DNA of 64,000 bases, taken from Eledone cirrhosa. Lineage: Eukaryota. Where the stretch lies: positions 136,276,001 to 136,340,000 of the forward strand of contig OZ024740.1 in the NCBI GenBank assembly GCA_964016885.1, given 5' to 3'. The position numbers were made by a program, and so were the translations under genes. The notes below the pieces were generated by a model. It did not search any database. It saw only the letters and a program-made list of their open reading frames with translations, and had not been told where the DNA came from. Positions 1 through 11,838 of this stretch are shown piece by piece (positions within the stretch are counted from its first letter, which is position 1; the number at the start of each line of letters is the position of its first letter).

Positions 1-267
1 CGCTCGGCTAAGCATTTCACTTTAGATATTAAAGGGTCCAGGGGGACAGTTACAATAGACAGGCTTAAGCAGGCACACCTTGACACGGACGCTGTGGTTC
101 CTGATCCACGAACCCCTTCGTATTTGCCTGTTGAGCGAACGCCTGTTCCTGAACCACCATCATCGCCTGTCCCTACACCACCACCATCGCCACGTTACAA
201 GACCACGACCCGTTCAAATCGTAGGGTCCACTGGCCCAAAATATTTTGCAGCACCGTCTATATTTAG
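1..267 (+). pseudogene. Gypsy LTR-retrotransposon pol, integrase C-terminal tail (5' part outside window)
   Basis: Frame 1 reads RSAKHFTLDIKGSRGTVTIDRLKQAH...TRSNRRVHWPK...*, resembling the Gypsy integrase C-terminal pattern K.F.....G....VSIDRLKPA...TRSGR.V..P. Confidence 0.75.
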
Positions 268-480
268 ACTGTGTTAGCTGCACCGTTTTTTTTGCTTCTG
301 TGTTTCTGCTTTTTCTTTGCCTTTTTTTTATGCATGCATGTTGTGTTTTTTTTTTTAACATTTTTCAAATCCTTATTCTGGATTCAACGATTGGTAGAGC
401 GAATAGTTCTCCCTTGTTGCATTGTTCGCCATCTTACTCCACGTGTGAGTAATAACATCGATTTTCGATGATTTGAAAAT

Positions 481-865
481 CTGGCAGGGGATACTGAAGT
501 AAGACGCCTTACGCCCCCTGGCGGATAATGGACCAGGCCTAGTTGTCTCCCCCTGGTTGAGAACACCGAGGTAAGCAGCAGACAGCCACGGGAAAGCAGA
601 CAGCATACAAGCCACAGAAAACAGCCTCTGTACCATGAAACAATAGACAGACCACAGCACCCAGCAAGCAGCTTTTGTAATTATAATACGCTGCCTTCAC
701 CACAACTGGATCACGTAAATATTGGTATGTTTCATTTGTAATGTAATAAACACATGATAGACAAAATAAACGTCACCATTATTTACATTGTTAAATATAA
801 CTCTCGTTGTGGTTATTGTCTTGTCTACGCACACACCCACTCACTTGTTATAATTCTCACTGACA
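481..865 (+). mobile_element. Polypurine tract and probable 3' LTR of the Gypsy element
   Basis: ctggcaggggatac PPT-like motif, then TG at 495; AATAAA motifs at about 745 and 765; candidate CA end near 865 (end uncertain). Confidence 0.5.
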
Positions 866-1539
866 AAAATGGTAAATAGACGAGGGACTTTCCCTCAGGT
901 CTATATTGATAAAGAATCCAACTAGGATACCACCATTTACCACACCTTTAATAATTGTGTTGTAGTGAATGGCAGTCAAACTGGTTTGAGGATCACCATC
1001 TCTTCTATCATCGATGAGTGGGTTTCACCCTGGTCAGCGATCCCAGAGGCGTTATCGTGTATAGAGCCGAAGATTTGAGGATAAATTTGAGAAATAAGAA
1101 ATGCGACTCTCCCACAGCACACCTACGCTTCTAAGAAATAAGACTTATTCGTCTCTCATAGCATACCTGAAAAATAAGAAACAGTCCTCTCACCTAGTAC
1201 ACTTGGGCCTTCTGGAGCTTTGAAGTTTTGAAATTCCATCACTTTGTGTTTTCTGTAGCAATACCTCTCATCTGCACGGACATTGTCCCGCTAGAGGATT
1301 TGATGCTGAGCCCTAAGTGTCCTCGAAACAATCGACAACTGTATAGTGTCTTTACTGCCTACAACAATCAGCTTCAACTCTTTCTCTCTCTGATATATAT
1401 TTTAAAAGTCCGATGAAAAGATTGTGGTAACTAAAGCTTTGCTTCTCTTTCTACCAGTTTTGGCAACCACAAAACCTCGACCTCTGTAGGATTTGAATGT
1501 AAAACATAAAGAGACGTTATTAAATACCACTAATAATAA

Positions 1540-2160
1540 TTTCTGATTTAAGAACAAGACTAGTAATTTGATGGGGTGGGGTCGATTACATCGTCTTTGG
1601 TATTTTACTGGTACTATGTTTTATCAACCCCGGAAGGATGAAAGGCAAAGTTGACTTCGGTGGGATTTGAACTTAGAAAGTAAAGGGCAGGAAACATTTC
1701 TGCTAAGCATTTGTCCGACGCTCCAGTCATTCTGCCAATCTACCGCCCTAAATACCACCCCTAATAACGGTTTCTGATTTAGGCTAAAAGTCAACAATTT
1801 TGAGGGCGGGGAAAGTCAATTATATCGACACCAGTGCGTTACTGGTACTTTGCTTTTCATCGTTACGCGGTCGATAAAACAAAGTTAACGTCGACGGGAT
1901 TTAAACTCAGAACGTAAAGGGACACAACTATATTCCGTTGTCCAGCGCTCTGCCGATACTGCCAATCCACCACCACTAATAATGATTTCTACTACAGGCA
2001 CAACAATTTTTTTTGGGGGGAAGGGGTTAAATTTGCCCCCGTGCATTACTCGTGCTTCGACCCCGTAAGGATGACAGACAAAGCTAATCTTGGCGGGATT
2101 TGAACTCAGAACGTAAAGGCTCTACCGATGCTGCCAAATCAACCGTCATAACACCACTAA
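1540..2160 (-). mobile_element. Three tandem degenerate octopus tRNA-derived SINE copies (OK/OR-type)
   Basis: Repeated ggtact..ttatcgaccccg(g)aaggatgaaaggcaaagttgac..gggatttgaactcagaacgtaaagg..tgccaatc at about 1540-1750, 1768-1975 and 1985-2160. Confidence 0.7.
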
Positions 2161-2779
2161 TAATAATAATGATATAAAATAGAAGAGAGAAATAAGAAAA
2201 GAAAAGAAACTGATTATGTGGGTAAAATACTGAACATTTCCTGACCCCATTTACTTCACAGAAAATTAACAACTGGGGGAGGGCATTGCACAAGAGTAGA
2301 GAGGCGGGGAGGCCAAAAAGAGAAAACGGAAAATGTTGATATATTTTGTTGGCTTACCGTACCGTGACCCTCGTAGACAATAAAAGATTAGGGGGGGGGG
2401 GGAATCGTCGATAACGTTCTTCTATGGATGGCTGGATTTGAAATTGGGGTCGTATTTCTGCTAGTGGTAGCAGATGTGGTGAGAAGAGGTTAGATCAAGA
2501 GATACCAGTAATCTTGGGAATTAAGTCATGGTAGCATATGTTCTTTATTTTCATTTTTTTAAGTGTTTTTGCTACATAGATTTTAACATCCCTTTACAGG
2601 TTGTTGCCATACTGAAGTACCACCTTCAAGAGTTTTTAGTCAATTATATCGACCCAGTACTTAGTTAACAACTAATTTTATCGATCCATATTCATCGAAT
2701 TGTTATGTTCAGTGTATTGAGTTACGTCCAGTAGGAGGGAAGTATCACACGATATTTACAGCGTTATATATTCACAAAC

Positions 2780-2877
2780 GCATACATACATACATACATA
2801 CATACATACATACATACATACATACATACATACATACATACATACATACATACATACGTGCGTACATACACATTTAC

Positions 2878-2962
<85 letters not shown>

Positions 2963-2996
2963 CAATTATTTATATATATATATGTGTGTGTATATA

Positions 2997-3068
<72 letters not shown>
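2780..3068. repeat. Compound microsatellite (CATA)n-(TA)n-(GA)n-(TA)n
   Basis: Read directly. Confidence 0.95.
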
Positions 3069-3069
<1 letters not shown>

Positions 3070-3238
3070 AGTAAGTATGTTTTGAAACAGTGAGCAGGTT
3101 TGAAATTAGAAAATAGAATAGCTTTCACCGTATTTTTGACTAAAGGAATTTTAGCCTGATAATGGGGTTTAGAACCCTCAGATAAATGGAAAAAGATGAG
3201 TATTGACGTACATGGGACGTACATATATATATATATAT

Positions 3239-4660
3239 AACTTTCTTTTTATTTGCCACCAGGGCATCAAAAAGTGGGACAAGTACAATGGGGAGTTTAC
3301 ATAAAAAGGCGTCCTCAATAAGGAGGAGGCAATAACAAAATATAAAAATAATATATAAAATATAACAAAAATAAATTGAATAACAAAATCCTCAATAGAG
3401 AGGAGGCGCCTTGGGGGGTCGCACACACCCCCGAAAAAAGTGTGCAACCCTTCTCCTCGGGAGCACAGAGAGGGTGCTCCCTTGATCTTTCATCTTCCTC
3501 ACCTATAGTCTGATGTAGAGTGAAGGCCCATTCACACGGGCCATTCTCACCACTTTCACCCATCTTTCATAAAAACGGCTGGGGTGCAGCACCTCTCTCT
3601 CCATCCTGATCCTTCTTCCGAAATGATATCGGAAGAAACGGACCAGTTGTTGGCCAGAGAGAAAGGTGTCTGACCTCAGTCCTTTCAGACGCGTCCACCA
3701 TACAACCTCTTTCGCCATGGCTAGTACGCACAGAAACACCGCCTCTTCTTCGTTTTTGAAGAGGGGAGGCGGTTTGATCGTTACAATAGACTCGGTGGTC
3801 AACCGGATCGGTCCCACCCTTGACAGCAGTTGTTCGACATAGCCCCACAGATCGGCAATGCCCGAGCAGTGTACCAATTCGTGTGCAACTGTTTCCTCGT
3901 CGCACACGCATCTGGGACAGATCTTTTTCGAGGGGTCCCTACCCGGGCGCCCGTGTCTGTAGAGCCTTTCTCGAACGGGCAGAGCCCCTCGGTAGCACTG
4001 CCAGGCCAGGGACCTCTGGATGTTATCCATGGGTCCCGGGCTGAATGTCCTACCGAACAGGTTGGCCAGTTCATCTTCCTCCATGCCTAGGGCTTCCCCG
4101 AGGGCGTCGTCGCACCTGCTAACCACCAGCTCTCTATAGAATGACGAGGTGGATTCTCCACTGATAGCCGAGTCCGCCTGCCAAAGAGCCGTGAGCGCCT
4201 GGGCACACTCGGTGTGCCAGGCGCCCAGTTTTCTCGGTCTTTGCTTGACCCAGGATTGCAGCTCGGTGAGCGAGACGAGTCTGGGAAAGGCTCGCCTCAC
4301 AAACGGGGCCCACACCGGTTGACCGGTGAGGAATATCTGGAGGTGCCGTAGCCTTAATGCGTGTTTACGTATCATCAGCCACGGCATCCCCAGCCCTCCT
4401 TTCGAAGGGTGTTGACAGCAGATAGATCTCCTCACCATAGGAGCCCGCTTCTTCCAAAGGAATTGGAAGAGTGCGCGCTCCATTTTGGCGAGCGTTTCCC
4501 TTGGGCAAGGCACGACGGTCAGGCGGTAGTAGATGACGGACGTTATATAAGTGTTCGCCACCTCCTCCCCACCTTTCAGGAACAGTTTGCACTCGGCCCA
4601 CTTCTGGGTCAGTGAAACACCCTGTTCGTTACCTCACCCCAGTTCTTCTCCACCTGGAGA
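3239..4660 (-). mobile_element. 5'-truncated Tx1/L1-clade LINE (ORF2 C-terminus with zf-RVT, plus 3'UTR)
   Basis: ORF 3503-4561 (GGLG, CPRC..EET.AH...C) is near-identical to 15797-17035; 3' end abuts (TA)n. Confidence 0.92.
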
Positions 4661-4663
4661 AGT

Positions 4664-5731
4664 ATATATTGTTATACTTTGGGAGGGTCATGTTGCCAAT
4701 AATATATATGTATATATATATATATATATTATATTCAGAGTTATAAACTCAAACAGTCCTTTACAATTAATTAGCTCAAAGAAAGAAGCATTTCTGAGCC
4801 GAGAAATACAAGTTAATATAAATTAATATATGATAAACACAAAAGTGTTTGTATTGCAAAAGACGAAGTTAGCTAGAATGAAATAAACTAATTCAAATAA
4901 AATATAGTTTGCCTGTCTCGATTTAAAATAATAAATCAATAAAAACAAACCCATATTGGCAAATAGCCGTGATACCTGGACAAATTTAAATTTCAAAATC
5001 CAAACCTGTTCCGCAGATAAATTTGAATTTCAAAACCCAAATAAGTTTCGCAATGATAGTATAAAAAGTGAAATATACCAATTTTCTGTGCTTCTCAACA
5101 TGTATCCAGAAAAAGTAGGATGTTTCACCTCTAAATAATTTAGAAGGTCTGGTTCACTAGCGCAAACGCACGAGGTTTTCCAGCTCACTAGCTATCTCAT
5201 ATTTATGGCGCTAGAAATAACAGCCGTTTGTATGGGATTAAAAATTAGCTCAACAGAAAGGAGCCGTAATATTATATTCAGAGTTATAAACTCAAACAGT
5301 CCTTTACAATTAATTAGCTCAAAGAAAGAAGCATTTCTGAACCGAGAAATACAAGTTAATATAAATTAATATATGATAAACACAAAAGTGTTTGTATTGC
5401 AAAGGACGAAGTTAGGTATCACGGCTATTTGCCAATATGGGTTTGTTTTTATTGATTTATTATTTTAAATCGAGACAGGCAAACTATATTTTATTTGAAT
5501 TAGTTTATTTCATTCTAGCTAACTTCGTCTTTTGCAATACAAACACTTTTGTATATTAATTTATATATTAATTTATATTAACTTGTATTTCTCGGCTCAG
5601 AAATGCTTCTTTCTTTGAGCTAATTAATTGTAAAGGACTGTTTGAGTTTATAACTCTGAATATAATATATATATATATATATATATACATATATATTATT
5701 GGCAACATGACCCTCCCAAAGTATAACAATA
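4664..5731. repeat. Cassette with ~310-bp terminal inverted repeats and an internal ~145-bp direct repeat, capped by a PLE 3'-terminal motif
   Basis: About 4664-4975 is the reverse complement of 5415-5731; about 4728-4872 repeats at 5269-5414; ends carry gcaacatgaccctcccaaagtataacaat. Confidence 0.85.
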
Positions 5732-5749
5732 TATATATATATATATATA

Positions 5750-8194
5750 TATTTATTAAAATAACAGATTAAAGTTTAAGCAAAGAATCGCTGCTTTGAC
5801 CCTTAACGGGATCTTCTGAAACTAAAAAAATCAATCTGTGAACGCAGAAGTAAATATTTCAAAAAACGTTGCAACCGAAGGAAGACAGGAAGACGATACT
5901 TTGGTTCGTGGAAACTTTCCAAAACACAAAGTACACATATACACACACCCTATATACGTACGAACCCGCATACTCGCGTATACACATAACCATATGCACA
6001 TGTACCAGTATATATAAAATATACGCCATAACATATACAAGCAAATATACGTACGAGAAAGTATACATACCTTCACAAAACATACAGATAATATATACTT
6101 ACTATACAAATAAGTAATGGTATAAACATAACATATACTTAGCTACCACATCAAGACGTAAAATATCCGCGTATAGTTCGTACTATGCATTAGGGTATAA
6201 TGTGGGGTTGTAATACAGGAAAGTTTTGTGCAATTTATGTTTACAAGCCGAAATTGCCTCAAATTTTTTTGTTTAAGATGTGGTCTTTGGCGTAGAATAT
6301 TTCCAGGGACTCAGCGGCGCAGAGGTCACATGGTCTTTTATTTCCGTTATACGATCTAGCCCTAGCTAGGATCTCCCAGTGTAACTTATATTGGGTGTGG
6401 TTGTCTTTTAGACTCCAGATATAAGTTGAAAATGACGTCATATTCCTTCTTAAAGAGTTAAGAAAAGAATGGGTATGCATGTAAAGACGCTGCTTAAATC
6501 TATTGGCGGTTAGCCCTATGTAGGCCCTATGGGACGTGGGTGTTTCAACCTTACATTTGTAGACAATGTTACTAGAGAGACATTTCCCGGATAGGGGGCA
6601 GTCAACCCGATTCCTACAATTACAGTTATTACTAGCTACAGGGTTGCACGTGTTCTGACGGCTAGGTAATTTAGCTAAATTTGAAGCTGTGATGTTATGT
6701 GTAAGGTTAGGAGTCGTAGAGTAAGACATTTTAATGGTATTTCTATTAAAATTTTTACTATGTTTATGTGCTAGGGGGAAATGCTTCATAATAAGGGAGA
6801 GAAAGATCTTAGCTAATGGTGTGGCCACCTCCATATTATATGGTGGGTTATACCATGTAATGTGCCGGGATCTATTTTTCCTAGGTCTATTCTCGTACTC
6901 TGTATAAGCTACCTTATCGACAAATCCACTCCGAGCAAGAGCTTCATTGTAATATGTGGAATGGTCGGTGAAAATATCCTCGTTTGTAGATAGACGGGAG
7001 AGCCTCAAAGAAACGTTTCTTACCAGGTTCTTGGTTATGATGGCAGGATGGTTAGAATGCTTACTTATGTAATTAAGCGTATCATTCGGCTTTCTATACG
7101 GGTAATACAACCCATTCAATAAATTGAAGGTAACGTCGAGGAAATTAACGATCGAGAGATTGACCTCAACCTGTATGGAGAGGTTGAAGCCTTTAAAGAA
7201 GGCTGTGAGTTCTTTTCTGAACCTGTCGCAAGCACGTGAACCGCACTTTGTCATGGTCAAAAGACTGTCATCACGGTACAAACCACCACCCACGTTGGGG
7301 AATTCTTCCTTGATAGAGAAAAGAAGGAAAAGGCCGATAAGATCAGTAACCTCCGCAGAATCGCTGGCGCCCATACTCACGTCGAATGGGGTACTATTAG
7401 ATATTTTAATCCAAATAGAGTCGTCGAAATTAATCACCGACTTACGGGCATTGAGGATGACATCAACTTCGAAATCCTTAACCACTGTGAGTGTTTTAGC
7501 GAAATTGATAGCTCTAAGAAGGAGTGGTAAAGTGATGGCGGAGTAGTAATTATTGATGTCGAATTGGATAAAACGGCAATGTTCCTTGTTGCATATGCCG
7601 TTGAACCAATCAATCACCGCGAAAGAATTGCTCTACAGTGCAAGAGGGGCCAAACTCCTAATTTCGGGTATAATTCTATCTAAAATCCTTTTACTAAGTC
7701 TACCTAAATCGGACTTCGTAGGGTTAATAAGCCGAATAGAGGGGTTGTTCTGGAAATTGGATTTGTGATCCTTCAGGGTATAATGGGGAGAAATTGGGTC
7801 CAGAGGTTCAGTCCAGTCCAAGATGTTGAGATCAGAGGTGATTTTAAACCCGGCATCGTTGATTTCATTAATGACGCTCCGATTAGATTTACGGTAATCC
7901 TTAGTTACAGCATTATGTAACAGTTAGTAGTAAGTAATGCGCTCCACTTGATATAGATTGCCAGTTTTGTCGGAGTGGACGTGCACGGGATTAGAATCCT
8001 TAATAGAACGAATTCTATTCTTCAGGTCCTGTTGTAAGGAATTGCTCCTATTCCGAAATTTGATACACCGTATGAGTTCCAAGACATCATTTTCGAAGGG
8101 TAGCAATGCTGGTTTACTCGGAGGGTTATTATAGGTTTTAAACCCAAATTTATCCTGTTTGTTGTCTGGTTTTCCCTGATTATCAAAATAAAAG

Positions 8195-8200
<6 letters not shown>
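5750..8200 (-). mobile_element. Penelope-like element, Naiad-type (RT plus C-terminal GIY-YIG endonuclease), 5'-truncated
   Basis: ORFs 7924-8200, 7633-7821 and 6259-7617 share one frame: FDI..YY, MGASDSAE, LYRDD, NFLDV, SNHP, CNCR...CPL.GKC, VY...YIG, C.LC..E. Two nonsense codons, and a +1 frameshift in an A-run before FEAISACKHK. Confidence 0.9.
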
Positions 8201-8354
<154 letters not shown>

Positions 8355-8466
8355 TAAAAGGAATTCCAACCTTGTCTGATTTACTCGTTTTATTTACAAT
8401 CCTTTAAAATTTATAATGGTATTAGAATAAAATAGTATGGTAGAATATTAAATGTTAAGTGTTAAT

Positions 8467-8505
8467 TGAACAAGTACTTTCATGCTTTCGCAATCTTCAG
8501 GTTCA
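8467..8505 (-). ncRNA. Minimal hammerhead ribozyme, family A
   Basis: TGAAC CTGAAGA TTGCgaaaGCAT GAAA GTAC TT GTTCA. Confidence 0.8.
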
Positions 8506-8578
8506 TGTTATGTGGTGACAGTCAAGTTTGCAATTTTCAACTGCTGAAAATTGCAAAGTTGACTGTCACCACACAATA

Positions 8579-8617
8579 TGAACCTGAAGATTGCGAAAGC
8601 ATGAAAGTACTTGTTCA
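8579..8617 (+). ncRNA. Minimal hammerhead ribozyme, family A
   Basis: Stem I TGAAC/GTTCA, core CTGAAGA...GAAA, stem II TGC-gaaa-GCA, palindromic stem III AGTACT. Confidence 0.8.
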
Positions 8618-8691
8618 ATTAACACTTAACATATAAATATTTGTATCTATATATATATATAAATATTTGTATCTATATATATATATAAATA

Positions 8692-8737
<46 letters not shown>

Positions 8738-8849
8738 TAAGAGGAATTCCAACTTTGTCTGATTTACTCGTTTTATTTACAATCCTTTAAAATTTATAAT
8801 GGTATTATAATGAAATAGTATGATAGAATATTAAATTCTAAGTGTTAAT

Positions 8850-8888
8850 TGAACAAGTACTTTCATGCTTTCGCAATCTTTAGGTTCA
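8850..8888 (-). ncRNA. Hammerhead family A, G5A mutant (probably inactive)
   Basis: Core reads CTAAAGA; otherwise identical to family A. Confidence 0.7.
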
Positions 8889-8961
8889 TAATATGTGGTG
8901 ACAGTCAAGTTTGCAATTTTCAACTGTTGAAAATTGCAAACTTGACTGTCACCACATATTA

Positions 8962-9000
8962 TGAACCTGAAGATTGCGAAAGCATGAAAGTACTTGTTCA
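8962..9000 (+). ncRNA. Minimal hammerhead ribozyme, family A
   Basis: Same sequence as 8579-8617. Confidence 0.8.
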
Positions 9001-9158
9001 ATTAACACTTAGAATTTAATATTCTATCATACTATTTCATTATAATACCATTATAAATTTTAAAGGATTGTAAATAAAACGAGTAAATCAGACAAAGTTC
9101 GAATTCCTCTTATTAATATAATCTTCTATACACAATCATACACACCCGTGTATATTTA

Positions 9159-9258
<100 letters not shown>

Positions 9259-9289
9259 AAAGAATAGAGGTGTAACACACAAGTTATTA

Positions 9290-9581
9290 TATATTGGTAA
9301 ACGGAATAGAAAATGCTGACAAATTGTTCACAGTGAAAAATAGTTTAATTAGGAATAAATGAGAATTAGTAATTGTATTGGTTAGTATTCAGTTTTGATC
9401 TTAAGCAAACATCACGGACGCTCTATCTCAAAATTATTTTTGAAAAGCATTTAGAAATGCGCAACCGGTAAAACTTAAAACCAAAACTGAATACTAACCA
9501 ATACAATTACTAATTCTCATTTATTCCTAATTAAATAATTTTTCACTGTGAACAATTTGTCAGCATTTTCTATTCCGTTTA

Positions 9582-9590
<9 letters not shown>
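9290..9590 (+). mobile_element. PLE 3'-end cassette (family B) with a 5' inverted duplication of its 3' ~105 bp
   Basis: About 9290-9397 is the reverse complement of about 9483-9588; homologous to 26690-26890, 31500-31980 and 40068-40255. Confidence 0.8.
9437..9473 (+). ncRNA. Variant-core hammerhead-like motif, family B (U3-A8, C13)
   Basis: TTT TTGAAAA GCATT taga AATGC GCAA CCGG TA AAA. Confidence 0.6.
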
Positions 9591-9653
<63 letters not shown>

Positions 9654-9714
9654 TATTTATACATATATATAGATACAAATATTTATATATATATATATAT
9701 AGATACAATTATTG

Positions 9715-9798
<84 letters not shown>

Positions 9799-10024
9799 AT
9801 AATAATAAATTTGAAGGCTAAAATCCAAAGAGGGCTTGATAAGGATAAGTATATATCAAATGTATAAGAACCGTAGAGCAAATATTTATTAAAATAACAT
9901 TATTAATCTGTTATTTTAATAAATATATATATATATATATATACAATTATTTATATATATATATATATATATACACACAATTATTTATATATATATATAT
10001 ATGTATATATGTATATATATACAA

Positions 10025-10113
<89 letters not shown>

Positions 10114-10195
10114 CAATTATTTATATATATATATAGAGAGATTCAATTATTTATATATATATATATATAGATAGATATAATTATTTATATATATA

Positions 10196-10228
<33 letters not shown>
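9586..10228. repeat. (TA)n array punctuated by CAATTATT
   Basis: Read directly; a short unique island at about 9795-9920 ends in the reverse complement of 5750-5772. Confidence 0.9.
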
Positions 10229-10229
<1 letters not shown>

Positions 10230-10230
<1 letters not shown>

Positions 10231-11720
10231 CAAGAAAGAAAAGTGACATGGTTTGCTATACATTAAGGGCTTTATTCACATTGGTGACAATTGTTTCTCT
10301 GAACTCGTATGTCTAGAGTTCGCTACCCGCCTGTTTTTGCGTCAATCGATCACCAATACTTTGTTATAACCAGTTCTGATTTAATGTCACTACTATATAT
10401 AGAAGCCATGCCTGTGTATTCCCTCCATTCTCGCACGCTCTGATGAACTGACTGGTTATAACAAAGTATTGGTGATCGATTGACGCAAAAACAGGCGGGT
10501 AGTGATCTCTAAACCTACCAGTTCAGAGAAACAATTGTCAGCAATGTGAATAAAGCCCTTAATGTCACTCTTCTTTCTTGATTTATTATTACCCCAAGTG
10601 TAAGCTACACAGAAATCACCGCGTACTCGCATCATCACTATGGAAACGTCTTGTTGAGTCAAACTTATCCAAGCGTTAATACGATCCACTACTCGGAGTA
10701 CCCTAACTGGACTACATCTAAGTGGACTACCTATAACAATAATTTGTTATCCCGTATACATAGCTCCCACTAGGTTGAGCAACATAATTAACGCACGGCA
10801 ACAACATGGAAAAGCAGCGCATAGGAATGTCACTGAAAAACATACCTATACCTACAAATAAGGACTATACACTAGGCATGATACAATGGACTAATGATTT
10901 CATCCGTAGGGTCCGATGGATGGCTTACCACTTCGACAAAGGACCAGCTATTAACAAAAGAGAACTTTCTAAGGAGAATTACGGATTCGAATCCTGCAAA
11001 AACCCTCCAAACAATCCCGCGCTCGATGCCTTTGAGCTGGACCTTATGAATATGATAAGTGGAACTAAATTCAAAAAAAGAACACACCACAGCAAATTAC
11101 AAAATGACATCAATACACTACTAAGAAAACTAAAAGACACCAACGGTATCACAGTAAAGGCAGACAAAACATCAAACGTATATTCTATGGACCTTAACAC
11201 ATACAATAATTTCATTCAGTGTGAACTACACAAAAAATACAAAAAAAAAACAAATTAATCCACACTCACCAGCATTAACAAGGAGGGCCTTAGGATAGTA
11301 AATAAACTCGGAATATCCGATAGAACCGAGCCTCTAACCCCATGAAACCCCACATTTAACCTTAAGGATCACAAAAATAATTTTGAAGTAAATCCTACTA
11401 TCAGATTAATATGCCCATCTAAGACGGATATAGGTAAAATTAGCAAGAATATTCTAGATAGGGTAATCGCACAAATAAAGAGAAAACTAGAAATCAATTT
11501 ATGGGGTAACACTAACGAGGCGATTGAATGGTTCAGTAAAATAAGAAATAGAGAAGCATGCGACTTCATACAATTCGATATAAACGATTACTACGCGTCC
11601 ATATCCCCAGCCACCCTAGATAAAGCGCTTATATTTGCCCCAAATAACTCCGATCTTACTCCTGATGAAATAAATTGAAATAATACTAGCTGCGAGGACT
11701 ATCATAAAATTCGAAGGAGG
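10230..11720 (+). mobile_element. Naiad-type PLE 5' part (inverted partial pLTR, pLTR, ORF start), interrupted by a Tx1 LINE
   Basis: ORF at 10806 MEKQRIGMSLKNIPIP...KADKT, continuing with frameshifts through LKDHK.NF..NPTIRLI.PSKTDIG...FIQFDI..YY; 10230-10375 is an inverted copy of 10452-10586. Confidence 0.88.
10437..10542 (+). ncRNA. Hammerhead ribozyme with ~60-nt stem-II insertion, family C
   Basis: GCT CTGATGA aCTGACTGGT-(60 nt)-ACCAGtTCAGa GAAA CAATTG TC AGC. Confidence 0.75.
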
Positions 11721-11838
11721 AAAGGGGAAGATAAACTTACAGCTTCCTCCTGCCACTGTCACAGTAGCAGAGGTCTAAAAGAAAGGTCAGCCAGAGGAAG
11801 GATTTTCTCCACCTGTTGACCGACAACTTGACGTTGCC

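Noticed and set aside
1660-1750. tRNA gene
   Set aside because: Degenerate SINE head with no cloverleaf
3110-3190. CTGATAA plus hairpin, and GAAAGCTA motifs
   Set aside because: No consistent three-stem hammerhead on either strand
5785-5825. Possible HHR at the 3' end of the 5750-8200 Naiad (minus strand CAGAAGATCCCgttaaGGGTCAAAGCAGC)
   Set aside because: Both core strands deviate and stem I cannot be formed; at best a relic
6259-6261. In-frame TGA in the Naiad ORF as selenocysteine (some Naiads encode selenoproteins)
   Set aside because: The TGA results from a +1 A frameshift, is not at a Cys position, and the conserved Cys codons are TGT/TGC
8730-9120. Palindromes as pure assembly fold-back artefacts
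   Set aside because: Arms carry substitutions and the pattern fits known PLE inversions; not fully excluded without raw reads
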